NCBI GenBank assembly: GCA_018819305.1
Contig: JAHJQO010000033.1
Location: 1,430 to 65,429 of the forward strand
DNA: 64,000 bases
Direction: 5' to 3'
DNA from: Nanobdellota archaeon
GTDB taxonomy: Archaea; Nanobdellota; Nanobdellia; Woesearchaeales; SM23-78
Shown: one piece after another, positions 25,453 through 34,513 of the stretch
Numbering within the stretch: position 1 is the first letter of the stretch
How the letters are laid out: each line of letters starts with the position of its first letter
Program-made: the position numbers and the translations under genes
The notes under the pieces: generated by a model
The model's database searches: none
Told to the model about the DNA's origin: nothing
What the model saw: the letters and a program-made list of their open reading frames with translations, nothing else

Positions 25453-26625
25453 TTATCTTTTTCTCATATACAATCTTTTAATCAGCTCTTTTTTGCCAAA
25501 CTTGGCAAGCTCCTGCATTTTTTCAGGATCTATATCGAGATTTTCAAATGCTTTCTCAAGTTTGAACTTATCTAATGTGGTGAACTCATCCCACAAACCT
25601 TCTTTTTTCAATAGTTCAACAAAAGTTGCATGTCTTTCATCTGTTCTTCCTGGGAACTTAACACAATCTTTTTGCCAGATTGTTACAGCAGTGTCAGAAC
25701 CATAAACCTTGTTAACTTTTTTCTGCTCTCCAAACGCAAATATTTTGTCCCTGATTTCCTTAACTTTCTCATTTACTTTTTGCTCTTTTATTTTCCATGC
25801 AGCATATTCATTTGCAAGCTTTACACCATCATCGTCCTTGAATTCTTCAATAGTTTTCTTTTCAACTTCAAACAAATGCCTGAAGTTGGGGCAGTCTGGC
25901 TGGTACTCACACCAGTCGCAAAGAGCAGATTCTTTTGCAGGATAATTCTCAGCACTTTCAATTGATTCTATGGCTTTCAAAACCTCTTTTTTGAGCTCTT
26001 CAAGAGCTTCATCTTCTCTGGTGCTCCTGATTTCTTTATCAAAAGCAAGGTAATGCCAGACAAGTTCTACTTTTTCACAGTCAGAAAACATTTCTTTTAC
26101 AGCAATAGCATAAAGTGCGAGCTGCCTGTCTTCGTCTGCTTTTTCCTGAGTCATCAGGGTGTTGGCGGTCTTGTAATCATGGATTTCATAAACACCGTCT
26201 TTAGAAGCAAGCCTGTCAATAAAACCCTGAATTTTTTTGCCATTAATATCAATAACAATCCTCATTTCCAGGCCAATGGTTTTGTCATGGTCAAAAGGCT
26301 TGTACCGATTATAATAATCTGTGATGAAACGCTCACCCATCTGCCTGTAATTTTCCTTGTCATATTCTTTTCTGACAATCAAAATGTTTTCATTCCAGTT
26401 TTTTTCCCATTCAGAGTTATAGAATTCAAGCAGTTCAGGCAGGGTGTTAATTTTTTCAAATTTCAGGTCTTTGTAAAGCTTCTCAAGAACATCATGAACA
26501 CGTGAACCTAAAAATGCTTCAACACCCTCTCCAATCTCAGACTCAACCTCATCAATATAATGAAGCTTGAACTTAAGAGGGCATTGCTCAAAAGAAGATA
26601 TTCTTGAGTGGGAGTATACTGTCAT
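25453..26625 (-). CDS. PD-(D/E)XK nuclease with Cas4/AddB-type Fe-S cluster (RecB-family exonuclease, COG2887-like)
   Basis: 390 aa. N-terminal SRISSFEQCPLKFKLHY gives the first Cys. Nuclease core is GFIDRL...YEIHDYKT plus RQLALYAIAV (QxxxY). C-terminal Cys triad is CDWCEYQPDC. Confidence 0.8.
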   Translation of the reverse strand: MTVYSHSRISSFEQCPLKFKLHYIDEVESEIGEGVEAFLGSRVHDVLEKLYKDLKFEKINTLPELLEFYNSEWEKNWNENILIVRKEYDKENYRQMGERFITDYYNRYKPFDHDKTIGLEMRIVIDINGKKIQGFIDRLASKDGVYEIHDYKTANTLMTQEKADEDRQLALYAIAVKEMFSDCEKVELVWHYLAFDKEIRSTREDEALEELKKEVLKAIESIESAENYPAKESALCDWCEYQPDCPNFRHLFEVEKKTIEEFKDDDGVKLANEYAAWKIKEQKVNEKVKEIRDKIFAFGEQKKVNKVYGSDTAVTIWQKDCVKFPGRTDERHATFVELLKKEGLWDEFTTLDKFKLEKAFENLDIDPEKMQELAKFGKKELIKRLYMRKR

Positions 26626-26704
26626 ATAAAAATAAAAATATTAACTCTTATTTAAAGCTTACCAAACAATAAAATTTTTATACAACCATCAAATCACCTT
26701 TAAC

Positions 26705-27925
26705 ATGAGGTATGGTGAGAACTCTCTTCTAAATCCAAGAAGTCAAAGGATAGAGAAATCTTTTCAAAAACTTGAAACTCTTAGATTAATTAACGGAGGA
26801 TACTTGGCTTCTCCTAATCCTGGCAAGGCAGATGGTACAGGGCGCTATAATGTTTTTTGGCTGAGAGATATTATGTATGCAACTTATGCAAACGAATATC
26901 TGGGCAACATGGAACACATGCTCAAAAGTTTTGAATTAATCATGACCATAATGCTCAAGCACCGCGAACTAATATGTGCAGCTATAAGAAAGCTTCCAGA
27001 GAAATGGGCCCTGCATGCAAGATATCATCCATCAACTCTTGAGGAAATATCTCCTGATTGGGGTCATCATCAGCTTGATGTTATAGGATTCTTCTTGTAC
27101 AAAACAGGAGATTTAATACAAAAAGGACATAATGTTCTTCAGACAGATGAGCAAAGAGAACTTATTAAGGATTTAATACAATATTTGTTTAATTATCGCT
27201 GGGAAACCTATCCTGATTTTGGGATGTGGGAAGAAGGACCTGAAGTGCATTCCTCAAGCCTGGGAGCAGTTCTTGCAGGACTGACCATGTGGTTTGATGC
27301 AGGTCACTATAAATATAAATATGCGCATGACAGAGACTTGGCAGATGTTGTTCCTGTTTCTGAAAGATATTTTGATACAGGACCTCAGAAAATAAAAGAA
27401 CTCTTGCCAAGAGAATCTCAATCAAGAGAATGTGACCTTGCACAGCTGTCACTTATCTGGCCTTATAATATTGTTGATGACGAGATGAAACTCACTATTC
27501 TGAATAATGTAGAGACTAAGCTTTTGAGAGAGCATGGCGTTATAAGATATGAAGGAGATAATTACTTTAATTCAGATAAGAAGAATCCCAAAGGCAATGA
27601 GGCTGAATGGCCGCTGGGCCTTGCATGGCTTGCAATAGTTCATAATAAGCTTGCAGAGTGGGGCAAGGATAATCTTGAACAGTCTTTGGTTCATCTTAAG
27701 AAATCAAAAGAGTATCTTTTGAAAATCGACAGCCTGATGATTGATGGATGTATTCCTGAGCTTTATTCAAGAGGCAAGCCCAATGAGAACAGGCCTTTGG
27801 CATGGGCGCATAGTTTTCATATCATAGCACTGCAGTCATTTATTAATACTCTTGAGTGGGTCAGAAAAAAACACAATATTGAGCTAAATGAGGATCTTGA
27901 GCCTGTGAATTCTGTGAATTCTTGA
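26705..27925 (+). CDS. Glycoside hydrolase family 15 (glucoamylase/glucodextranase-like catalytic domain)
   Basis: 406 aa. YNVFWLRDIMYATYA, HHQLDVIGFFLY, DFGMWEEGPEVHSSSLGAV and EWPLGLAWLA match the GH15 (alpha/alpha)6 barrel motifs. Confidence 0.85.
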   Translation: MRYGENSLLNPRSQRIEKSFQKLETLRLINGGYLASPNPGKADGTGRYNVFWLRDIMYATYANEYLGNMEHMLKSFELIMTIMLKHRELICAAIRKLPEKWALHARYHPSTLEEISPDWGHHQLDVIGFFLYKTGDLIQKGHNVLQTDEQRELIKDLIQYLFNYRWETYPDFGMWEEGPEVHSSSLGAVLAGLTMWFDAGHYKYKYAHDRDLADVVPVSERYFDTGPQKIKELLPRESQSRECDLAQLSLIWPYNIVDDEMKLTILNNVETKLLREHGVIRYEGDNYFNSDKKNPKGNEAEWPLGLAWLAIVHNKLAEWGKDNLEQSLVHLKKSKEYLLKIDSLMIDGCIPELYSRGKPNENRPLAWAHSFHIIALQSFINTLEWVRKKHNIELNEDLEPVNSVNS

Positions 27926-27962
27926 AAAGTTTTATTAACTCAAGTACTATACCTTTCAAAAT

Positions 27963-28556
27963 ATGGATAAACAACTCTATCACTTTGAATATGTGCCTGA
28001 TGATATTTTTATTGAGGCAAGGCTTACTAATCTGCTTATAAATATTTATGAAGAAGATCTGCTTGATGCTGTTTTTTTTGAATACATCCCCCAAACATTT
28101 ACTCCATTAGAAAAATCATATTTTGTAAATTATTATAAGGGTAATGAATTCTATAGAATCATACCTTTTCCTGTTTTTGGAGCTGACAGTAAGACACTTT
28201 TGAAAAAGCAAGGTAACTTATCAGATAAAATATTTAATCTGCTTGAAAAAAAAGACTTTTTGGAAAAAAAGTTGAGAAAATTAGATGATTCTGAACTTGT
28301 TAAGGAAACTCACCAGGTTTTGGAGTTATTAGAAGCCACAGTAGATATTTTTTGTTTAGATGATAACATATTGCAGGATCAAAGATCAAGATATATGATG
28401 CGTCATGTTAATAAGGTTTCCGAAATGAGGGATTATCAGTCAGTAGGACTTGCATGTTCTATTGCACATCATGAAGAGTTACTGTTATATTCTAGTGTGT
28501 TGGATTTTGAGTATACTCTTTTTCAGGCTGAGAAAAAAGAAGATTCATTAATATAA
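27963..28556 (+). CDS. Hypothetical protein
   Basis: 197-aa ORF. No motif recognised. Confidence 0.4.
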   Translation: MDKQLYHFEYVPDDIFIEARLTNLLINIYEEDLLDAVFFEYIPQTFTPLEKSYFVNYYKGNEFYRIIPFPVFGADSKTLLKKQGNLSDKIFNLLEKKDFLEKKLRKLDDSELVKETHQVLELLEATVDIFCLDDNILQDQRSRYMMRHVNKVSEMRDYQSVGLACSIAHHEELLLYSSVLDFEYTLFQAEKKEDSLI

Positions 28557-28600
28557 ATCATTAACTTTATATATTACCTTTCTCAATATGTTATTTGAAA

Positions 28601-29248
28601 ATGGCCAAAAAAACAAAAAATAAAATAAAACATGAAAATAAAACAAAATCAAAGATTTTGAATATTTCAAAAAAAGAAAATAAACCAAAACCAGAAAATA
28701 AAACAAAACTACAAAAACAAATCAAACTTTCTGCTATTTTTGGAATTATTACACTGATATTTGCTTTTCCTTTGGGAGGATTTGAATTGCTTAAGTTTAC
28801 AAAGCAGATGACATCAGGATTTATGGTGATGTATATCTTGGTTTACCTGCTGTTCTTTTTGTTTACTGCATTATTTGTAAGAGGATTTATCATTACAGGA
28901 AGAGAACTAAAAATTCCTTTGTTGATAAAAGCTTCTTTTATTATGATTTTCGCATCTGCATTGGCTACAGTGTTTCAGATAATTTTGTTGTTTGCACCTC
29001 AGATAACTACTATTTTGTCAATAATATCTTTAGTGATTATTTCAGGAGCAGCAACTCTGTTGTTTGGAATAGCTTTACTCAAACTTAAAAAGAAATTTGG
29101 CAGCCTGGCAACAGCTGCAGGCGTGCTGGAAATCATTGGAGGAGCAGCATCAATCACAGTGATTTTGGCTTTGGGAGCAATACTGCTTGCAATTCCAGCA
29201 ATGATAATTGAAATCATCCTGCTCTTTGTGATTGCAAAGAAATTATGA
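28601..29248 (+). CDS. Hypothetical multi-pass membrane protein with Lys-rich N-terminus
   Basis: ATG 28601 is preferred over the in-frame TTG 28595. The N-terminus carries KTKNK/ENKTK repeats, followed by about 5 hydrophobic helices. Confidence 0.5.
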   Translation: MAKKTKNKIKHENKTKSKILNISKKENKPKPENKTKLQKQIKLSAIFGIITLIFAFPLGGFELLKFTKQMTSGFMVMYILVYLLFFLFTALFVRGFIITGRELKIPLLIKASFIMIFASALATVFQIILLFAPQITTILSIISLVIISGAATLLFGIALLKLKKKFGSLATAAGVLEIIGGAASITVILALGAILLAIPAMIIEIILLFVIAKKL

Positions 29249-29333
29249 TTTCCTTATAATTTTTTTATATTTTTTCTTTTATTATTCTATTTTTTCCACA
29301 AGCTTTTAAAACCCTTGTTCTACTCTATGATGC

Positions 29334-29723
29334 ATGAAGAAAATAGTAATTATTGACACGAATTTCCTGCTTATACCTGGCCAGTTCAAAGTAGATATAT
29401 TCACGCAGATAAATGATTTGGTCATGGAGCCGCATGAGATGTGCATAGTTGACAGAACTATTGGTGAGCTTAACAAATTAACAGTGGTTGGCAAGGAAAA
29501 AGACAGATTTGCTGCAAAACTTGCTCTCGTCCTGACAATACAGAAAAACTTAAAAACCCTACGTAGTTTCGGGAGTAATAAGAGTGTGGATGATATTATA
29601 GTGAAAAAGTCAGACTGTAATACGTTCATAGCAACCCAGGATAAGGCCCTGAGGCAAAGAGTAAGGGAAAAAGGGGCTAAAATCATTGGGTTAAGGCAAA
29701 AAAAATACTTGGTGATAACATAA
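29334..29723 (+). CDS. PIN-domain protein, Fcf1/Utp24-like (COG1412)
   Basis: 129 aa. IVIIDTNFLL (N-terminal Asp) and FIATQDKALRQRV are PIN motifs. It sits immediately upstream of rpoE', the conserved archaeal arrangement. Confidence 0.75.
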   Translation: MKKIVIIDTNFLLIPGQFKVDIFTQINDLVMEPHEMCIVDRTIGELNKLTVVGKEKDRFAAKLALVLTIQKNLKTLRSFGSNKSVDDIIVKKSDCNTFIATQDKALRQRVREKGAKIIGLRQKKYLVIT

Positions 29724-30310
29724 TGTTTTACACAGTAAAAGTAAAAGACCACATCAGAGTTCCTCCAGATAAGTTTGGAGAAGAAATAAAATTAGCAATA
29801 ATAGGCGAAATCAAGAACAAATACTCAGGATATATTTCCAAGGACCTGGGTTTGGTTATTGATGTTTCAGACATAGATGATGTTGGCGAAGGCATTATTA
29901 TTCCTGGAGATGGCGCATCTTATTATGAGACAACCTTTAACTTGATAACATTTGAGCCTGAAATACAGGAAGTTATCAGAGGCAAGATTAAGGATATTGC
30001 TGACTTTGGAGTCTTTTTTTCCATGGGGCCTATTGATGGAATGATTCACATTAGTCAGACAATGAATGATTATGTTAGTTTTAGCAAAGACAAAGCTTTG
30101 CAGGGAAAAGAATCCAAGAGAAACCTTAAGGTAGGTGACAAATGCAGGGCAAGAATCATTGCTGTATCATATAAGGATATTGCAAACCCAAAGCTTGGCC
30201 TTACAATGAGACAAGCTGGTCTTGGCAAAGATGAATGGGTAGAACCAGATCTTGCAGAAGGCAAAGGCAAAGTTAAAAAAGCAGCCAAGCCTGAAGATAA
30301 GAAGAAATAA
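29723..30310 (+). CDS. rpoE: DNA-directed RNA polymerase subunit E' (Rpo7)
   Basis: 195 aa. MFYTVKVKDHIRVPPDKFGE... is the typical N-terminus, and the S1 domain is (V)IRGKIKDIADFGVFFSMGPIDGMIHISQ. Confidence 0.9.
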   Translation: MFYTVKVKDHIRVPPDKFGEEIKLAIIGEIKNKYSGYISKDLGLVIDVSDIDDVGEGIIIPGDGASYYETTFNLITFEPEIQEVIRGKIKDIADFGVFFSMGPIDGMIHISQTMNDYVSFSKDKALQGKESKRNLKVGDKCRARIIAVSYKDIANPKLGLTMRQAGLGKDEWVEPDLAEGKGKVKKAAKPEDKKK

Positions 30311-30322
30311 GGAGATGATCAT

Positions 30323-30508
30323 ATGAAAAAGCAAGTTTGCAGAACATGTAAAGCTTTTTTTGTAGCTGACAGTTGTCCTGTTTGCAAGAAAAAATCAGCT
30401 GCCACAGTATGGCAGGGAAGAATTCATTTTCTAAGTATCAAGAAATCCGAGATTGCAAAGAAGATGAATATAGAAAGAGACGGAGAATACGCAATTAAAG
30501 TAAGATAA
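30323..30508 (+). CDS. spt4: Transcription elongation factor Spt4 (RpoE'')
   Basis: 61 aa. Zinc ribbon CRTC...CPVC, and its position between rpoE' and S24e. Confidence 0.85.
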   Translation: MKKQVCRTCKAFFVADSCPVCKKKSAATVWQGRIHFLSIKKSEIAKKMNIERDGEYAIKVR

Positions 30509-30518
30509 GTGATGCCTT

Positions 30519-30935
30519 ATGAATATACAAATAATCAGTGATGAGAAAAAACCCTTGTTAAATCGAAGAGAAATATCTGCTAAGATTGGATTTGATAATA
30601 AGACTCCCAGCAGAGCAAATATAAAAAAAGAAATTGCAAAAAAACTTAATGTAAAAGAAGATCTGGTTGTTGTCAAACTTGTTAATCCTGATTATGGCAC
30701 AACATCTGCTGTGCTTGAGATTGATGTTTATGATAATGAGAAAACCATGAAAGATGTTGCTTCTGATTATTTGGCTAAACGAGGAGTTCCAAAAGGCAAA
30801 AAAGGAGAATCTGAATCTGCACCGGCTGCTCCGGCTCCTGCTGAAACACCAAAAAAAGAAGAAAAACCTGAGGAGAAAAAGGAAGACGCTCCGAAGGAAG
30901 AAAAGAAAGAAGAAGCAAAAGAAGAAAAGAAATAA
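30519..30935 (+). CDS. rps24e: Ribosomal protein S24e with a Lys/Glu/Pro-rich C-terminal extension
   Basis: 138 aa. ...KKPLLNRREISAKIGFDNKTPSRANIKKEIAKKLNVKEDLVVV... is S24e. About 45 extra residues (GESESAPAAPAPAETPKKEEKPEEKKEDAPKEEKKEEAKEEKK) form the tail. Confidence 0.9.
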   Translation: MNIQIISDEKKPLLNRREISAKIGFDNKTPSRANIKKEIAKKLNVKEDLVVVKLVNPDYGTTSAVLEIDVYDNEKTMKDVASDYLAKRGVPKGKKGESESAPAAPAPAETPKKEEKPEEKKEDAPKEEKKEEAKEEKK

Positions 30936-31003
30936 TGATTACAGGTAAAAAAAAATACAAAAATTAAATTTTTGAATTTAAAAATAAAAAACGAGATTTT
31001 AAA

Positions 31004-31219
31004 ATGGCTAAGAAAAAGAAAGGTAAAGGAAAAGAAAGAAAAGGCAAAAAGCCAAAAAAGAAAAAAGCAGCCAGTAAAGTGGCTAATGTTTATGATGTGA
31101 GCGGCGGTTCTATCAAAAGAAAAAATCATACTTGTCCAAAGTGCGGACCAGGAATTTTTATGGCTGCGCATAAAGACAGGGCAACCTGCGGCAAGTGCGG
31201 TTTTACTGAGAAGAAATAA
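31004..31219 (+). CDS. rps27ae: Ribosomal protein S27ae (eS31)
   Basis: 71 aa. Basic N-terminus plus zinc ribbon CPKCGPG...CGKCG. Confidence 0.9.
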   Translation: MAKKKKGKGKERKGKKPKKKKAASKVANVYDVSGGSIKRKNHTCPKCGPGIFMAAHKDRATCGKCGFTEKK

Positions 31220-31245
31220 AATATTTTTATTCTTTAAATTAATAT

Positions 31246-31605
31246 TTAGAAGTTTATTGAAGTAGATTCTATTAAGAGACCGTCTTTAAAAGTTAGTTTG
31301 CCGTTTAGCTCAGAAATATCGAAGTTTGGAAGCATCTTGTATTTTGCATAATAGTAATAGTTGGGATCACGAAAATGGTCTGGAAATCCTAGAATATCTA
31401 TTATTTGTTGCTTGTCTATCTTTTTAGGTCTTTGCCCTGGAATAAATTTTGGATTGAAATAGATTAAGCAAGAACGGAAATAAGGCCTGTTTCCAGTATT
31501 TTTATCTTCTACTAAAATTGAATAGTTAATTTCTGCTTCTTTAAGTTTTGATTCTATGGCTTCGCGTGGAAGACCTTCTACTAAAGATAAATTTTCTAAA
31601 TCCAT
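31246..31605 (-). CDS. Hypothetical protein
   Basis: 119-aa ORF. No motif recognised. Confidence 0.4.
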   Translation of the reverse strand: MDLENLSLVEGLPREAIESKLKEAEINYSILVEDKNTGNRPYFRSCLIYFNPKFIPGQRPKKIDKQQIIDILGFPDHFRDPNYYYYAKYKMLPNFDISELNGKLTFKDGLLIESTSINF

Positions 31606-31708
31606 AAAAGAAAAGAAATCCTTGAGTATTTATAAATCTGGCTGTGTTTTTTTGTTATTATTTAATAGAAACATTTTAATATTCAAATGTTTTTCCAGGT
31701 TTAGTATA

Positions 31709-32464
31709 ATGTCAGATATAAAACCATTAGTGGATGTTGCACTTGGATTCGGAGCATACTTTGGTGCTACCTTAGTTACTGTAGGGACTTTTTTTTGCGG
31801 TTTAGCCCCAATCATAACAGCTCCTATTCAGTATGGTAGAGATAGAAGGGAGAATCTCACAGATATTTCTCTTCCAAGATATATGTTTAAGATTACAGAC
31901 CGAATGATAGATATTGATTTGCATGTTTATCACCAAAGAACGATTAATCTCAGTCAATTTTATGGTTGTACTGGGCTTGATAGTAAAAAGATAAATGTTG
32001 GAAAAGCTCAAAATCTGATAAAACTTACTTCGGATTATTCTCGTTTAAACAAGTTTATGATGGAAAGCCCAATTGAAAGTACTGACTGGAAAAATTATGT
32101 GAATGAAATGATGTCTTCACGAAATAAGAATGTGGCTTTTTCACATATTCAAACATTAGATTCTCTTGATAAGAAAATGAATGCTTACGAAGCTAAAAGA
32201 ATGAATGATTATTCTGTGAGTTTAGAACATCTAGAACATAATGTTGATCATATTATTGGAAATGATTTTTTTTCTGAAGCAAAAGAACCATTGATTGATT
32301 TTGTGAACTCAATTAATATAAATCCTAATGTTCATGATGCCCTTGAAAATCTGTTAAAGAATGAGAAGACAATAGAATATTTAAAAAAACAAAGACGTTT
32401 TGAAAACTCTGAAAAATTATTTTCAGATCCTTCTGGCTGGATGCAATGGCTGGGTAAGAGATAG
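31709..32464 (+). CDS. Hypothetical membrane-anchored protein
   Basis: Start moved to ATG 31709 (MSDIKPLVDVALGFGAYFGATLVTVGTFFCGLAPII...). The track start at 31556 would overlap the opposite-strand gene. One or two N-terminal TM helices. Confidence 0.4.
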   Translation: MSDIKPLVDVALGFGAYFGATLVTVGTFFCGLAPIITAPIQYGRDRRENLTDISLPRYMFKITDRMIDIDLHVYHQRTINLSQFYGCTGLDSKKINVGKAQNLIKLTSDYSRLNKFMMESPIESTDWKNYVNEMMSSRNKNVAFSHIQTLDSLDKKMNAYEAKRMNDYSVSLEHLEHNVDHIIGNDFFSEAKEPLIDFVNSININPNVHDALENLLKNEKTIEYLKKQRRFENSEKLFSDPSGWMQWLGKR

Positions 32465-32480
32465 TTTACTTGTATTTTTT

Positions 32481-32996
32481 TTAATAAAATTTCCTGGTAC
32501 CTTTTATGCAGTTCTGTTCGCAAGTTATTTGCTGTTTATCATTCAGATTAAGCGGAACTACAAAGTCTTTTGCTGATTTAATAATTATGTTCATTTCTAT
32601 TTCTTTGACTTTTGGGTGGCACCTGAGATGATAGTTCACTATGCCTTCAAGAGTTTTTAAGTCTTTGGCTATGAAGAGCATGCAGAGATTATGTTTGCCT
32701 GATGTTACAAAGCCATTTATAAAGAACGGACACCCTTGGAATTCCTTAAGCAGACTTTCTGTTTCTGTTGTGCTTATGTCAATTTTAGCCATTGGCAGGT
32801 CTATTTTCTTGAGATTGGTGCCTACGATTTGCTGTAAAACCCCTTTTTCTCTCAGTTTTCGTATTCTTGCACTTACGGATGGCTGGGATAGTTTAAGCTC
32901 TTTTGCAAGGTCTTCCTGTGATGTAAATGGGTTATTTTGCAGTTTGCTAATTATAATGCTGTCTCTGTCGTCTAAATTTAGCTTTTCTTTGAACAT
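32481..32996 (-). CDS. Lrp/AsnC-family transcriptional regulator
   Basis: 171 aa. LDDRDSIIISKLQNNPFTSQEDLAKELKLSQPSVSARIRKLREKGVL is a canonical AsnC-type HTH, followed by a RAM-like domain. Confidence 0.7.
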   Translation of the reverse strand: MFKEKLNLDDRDSIIISKLQNNPFTSQEDLAKELKLSQPSVSARIRKLREKGVLQQIVGTNLKKIDLPMAKIDISTTETESLLKEFQGCPFFINGFVTSGKHNLCMLFIAKDLKTLEGIVNYHLRCHPKVKEIEMNIIIKSAKDFVVPLNLNDKQQITCEQNCIKGTRKFY

Positions 32997-33147
32997 TTTA
33001 TTTATATACTTATTTATATCATATAGAAATGTTATAGCTAATATTTAAATTTTTTCTATTTTATATAAGTATTTTATATTATTTTCTATATTTTATAGTG
33101 AGAGAACTTATATATTTCATACACATACACTTATTTGGGTGATAAAA

Positions 33148-33390
33148 ATGTATACTCCAACAATGCCAATACGGCTTCCAAATCCAGGACTTCCACCAGA
33201 AGGATTTCCACCAATGCCAGATAGATATAAGAGAATTGATGACCTAGTAGAATTTCCAAATAAGAATAAGGATATTTTGAGTTATAAAATAATCCTTCCA
33301 AAATTCGATAAGGACCGTTCAACAGGCCATAATATTGATTATAATATTTTGAAGCTTGTAAAGCCATTAGAAAACCATTATGTTCATTAA
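33148..33390 (+). CDS. Hypothetical Pro-rich small protein
   Basis: ATG 33148 is preceded by GGGTGAT (SD-like) with a 4-nt spacer. Sequence starts MYTPTMPIRLPNPGLPPEGFPPMP.... No family recognised. Confidence 0.35.
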   Translation: MYTPTMPIRLPNPGLPPEGFPPMPDRYKRIDDLVEFPNKNKDILSYKIILPKFDKDRSTGHNIDYNILKLVKPLENHYVH

Positions 33391-33458
33391 CCCAAACAAC
33401 CCTAGTTATGTTTGGGGAATCTAAAGGGGGATAAAATTCAATAAAAACGAGGTATAAA

Positions 33459-34307
33459 ATGAGTTTAAGAAAAATAATTGAAATAAATGAAGACTTGTGC
33501 AATGGATGCGGAGACTGTATTCCAAATTGCCCAGAAGGAGCACTCCAAGTTATTGATGACAAAGCCAGATTAGTCAGCGACCTTTTCTGTGACGGACTAG
33601 GAGCTTGTGTAGGATATTGCCCAACAGGAGCAATGCAAGTAGTAGAAAGAGAAGCAGAACCTTATAATGAAGACAAAGTTATGGCAAACATAGTCAAGCA
33701 GGGAGCCAACACAATAAAAGCTCATCTTGAGCATTTAAAAGAGCATGGTGAGACTAATTTCTTTAACCAGGCTGTTCAATATCTAAAGAAAAACAAGGTA
33801 AAAAACCCTCTTGAAGGGCAGGAAAAGAAAAAAGAACCTGAATACTGCGGTTGTCCTGGCTCAAAAATGGTGGATTTTTCACAAGAAGAGCAAGCAGAAC
33901 CCAAAGCAACAAGTTCTGAGAGGCAAGAATCACAGTTAAGAACATGGCCAGTCCAGCTTAATCTCGTGCCTGTTCATGCACCATATTTTCAAAACCCAGA
34001 TCTAGTTATTGCTGCTGATTGTGTGCCATTTGCAAATCCAAATTTTCACAGAGATTATCTTAATAAAAAACCCCTAGTAATTGGATGTCCAAAGCTAGAT
34101 GATGCAGAGCATTACACAAACAAACTGACAGAGATTTTCAAAGAAAACCCCATAAAAAACATTACACTCCTGAACATGGAGGTGCCCTGCTGCTTTGGAC
34201 TTCAGCACATTGTTAGTGAAGCAGTTCAGAAATCAGGAAAAAAGATTAATGTGGACCAGCGTATTATCAGCATTAAGGGAGAAGAAAAATCAGGTGCGTA
34301 TGCATAA
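33459..34307 (+). CDS. 4Fe-4S dicluster ferredoxin-domain protein with Cys-rich C-terminal domain
   Basis: 282 aa. CNGCGDCIPNCP and CDGLGACVGYCP are two ferredoxin-type clusters. The C-terminal AADCVPFA...GCPKLDD...MEVPCCFG is a recurrent Fe-S protein module in anaerobes. Confidence 0.75.
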   Translation: MSLRKIIEINEDLCNGCGDCIPNCPEGALQVIDDKARLVSDLFCDGLGACVGYCPTGAMQVVEREAEPYNEDKVMANIVKQGANTIKAHLEHLKEHGETNFFNQAVQYLKKNKVKNPLEGQEKKKEPEYCGCPGSKMVDFSQEEQAEPKATSSERQESQLRTWPVQLNLVPVHAPYFQNPDLVIAADCVPFANPNFHRDYLNKKPLVIGCPKLDDAEHYTNKLTEIFKENPIKNITLLNMEVPCCFGLQHIVSEAVQKSGKKINVDQRIISIKGEEKSGAYA

Positions 34308-34378
34308 GTACATAATTATACTCAACCCTCACACCTTTGTTAAATTATTTCTCTTTCTTTTTTTATTATTTTTTCACT

Positions 34379-34420
34379 TTTTTTTAGTTTTCTGAGTATA
34401 ACTTCAAGTAAAATTGAAAG
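34379..34420 (+). repeat. Left copy of a 42-nt direct repeat bracketing the 34514..36198 two-gene module
   Basis: tttttttagttttctgagtataacttcaagtaaaattgaaag. Shares the invariant core ATAACTTCAAGT and flanks with 36221..36262. Confidence 0.6.
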
Positions 34421-34513
34421 GAGCAAATCTTTGATTTGCGACTTCAAGAATTCTTGTTAACTTCAAGAATTATTATTTTTGATAGCTTTAAAAATTATTG
34501 TAATCTTAACAAA

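Noticed and set aside
30754-31171. Several ORFs on both strands (30754..30948 +, 30767..31171 -, 30775..30960 -)
   Set aside because: They are frame and antisense artefacts of the AAG/GAA-rich sequence encoding the S24e tail and the S27ae basic N-terminus.
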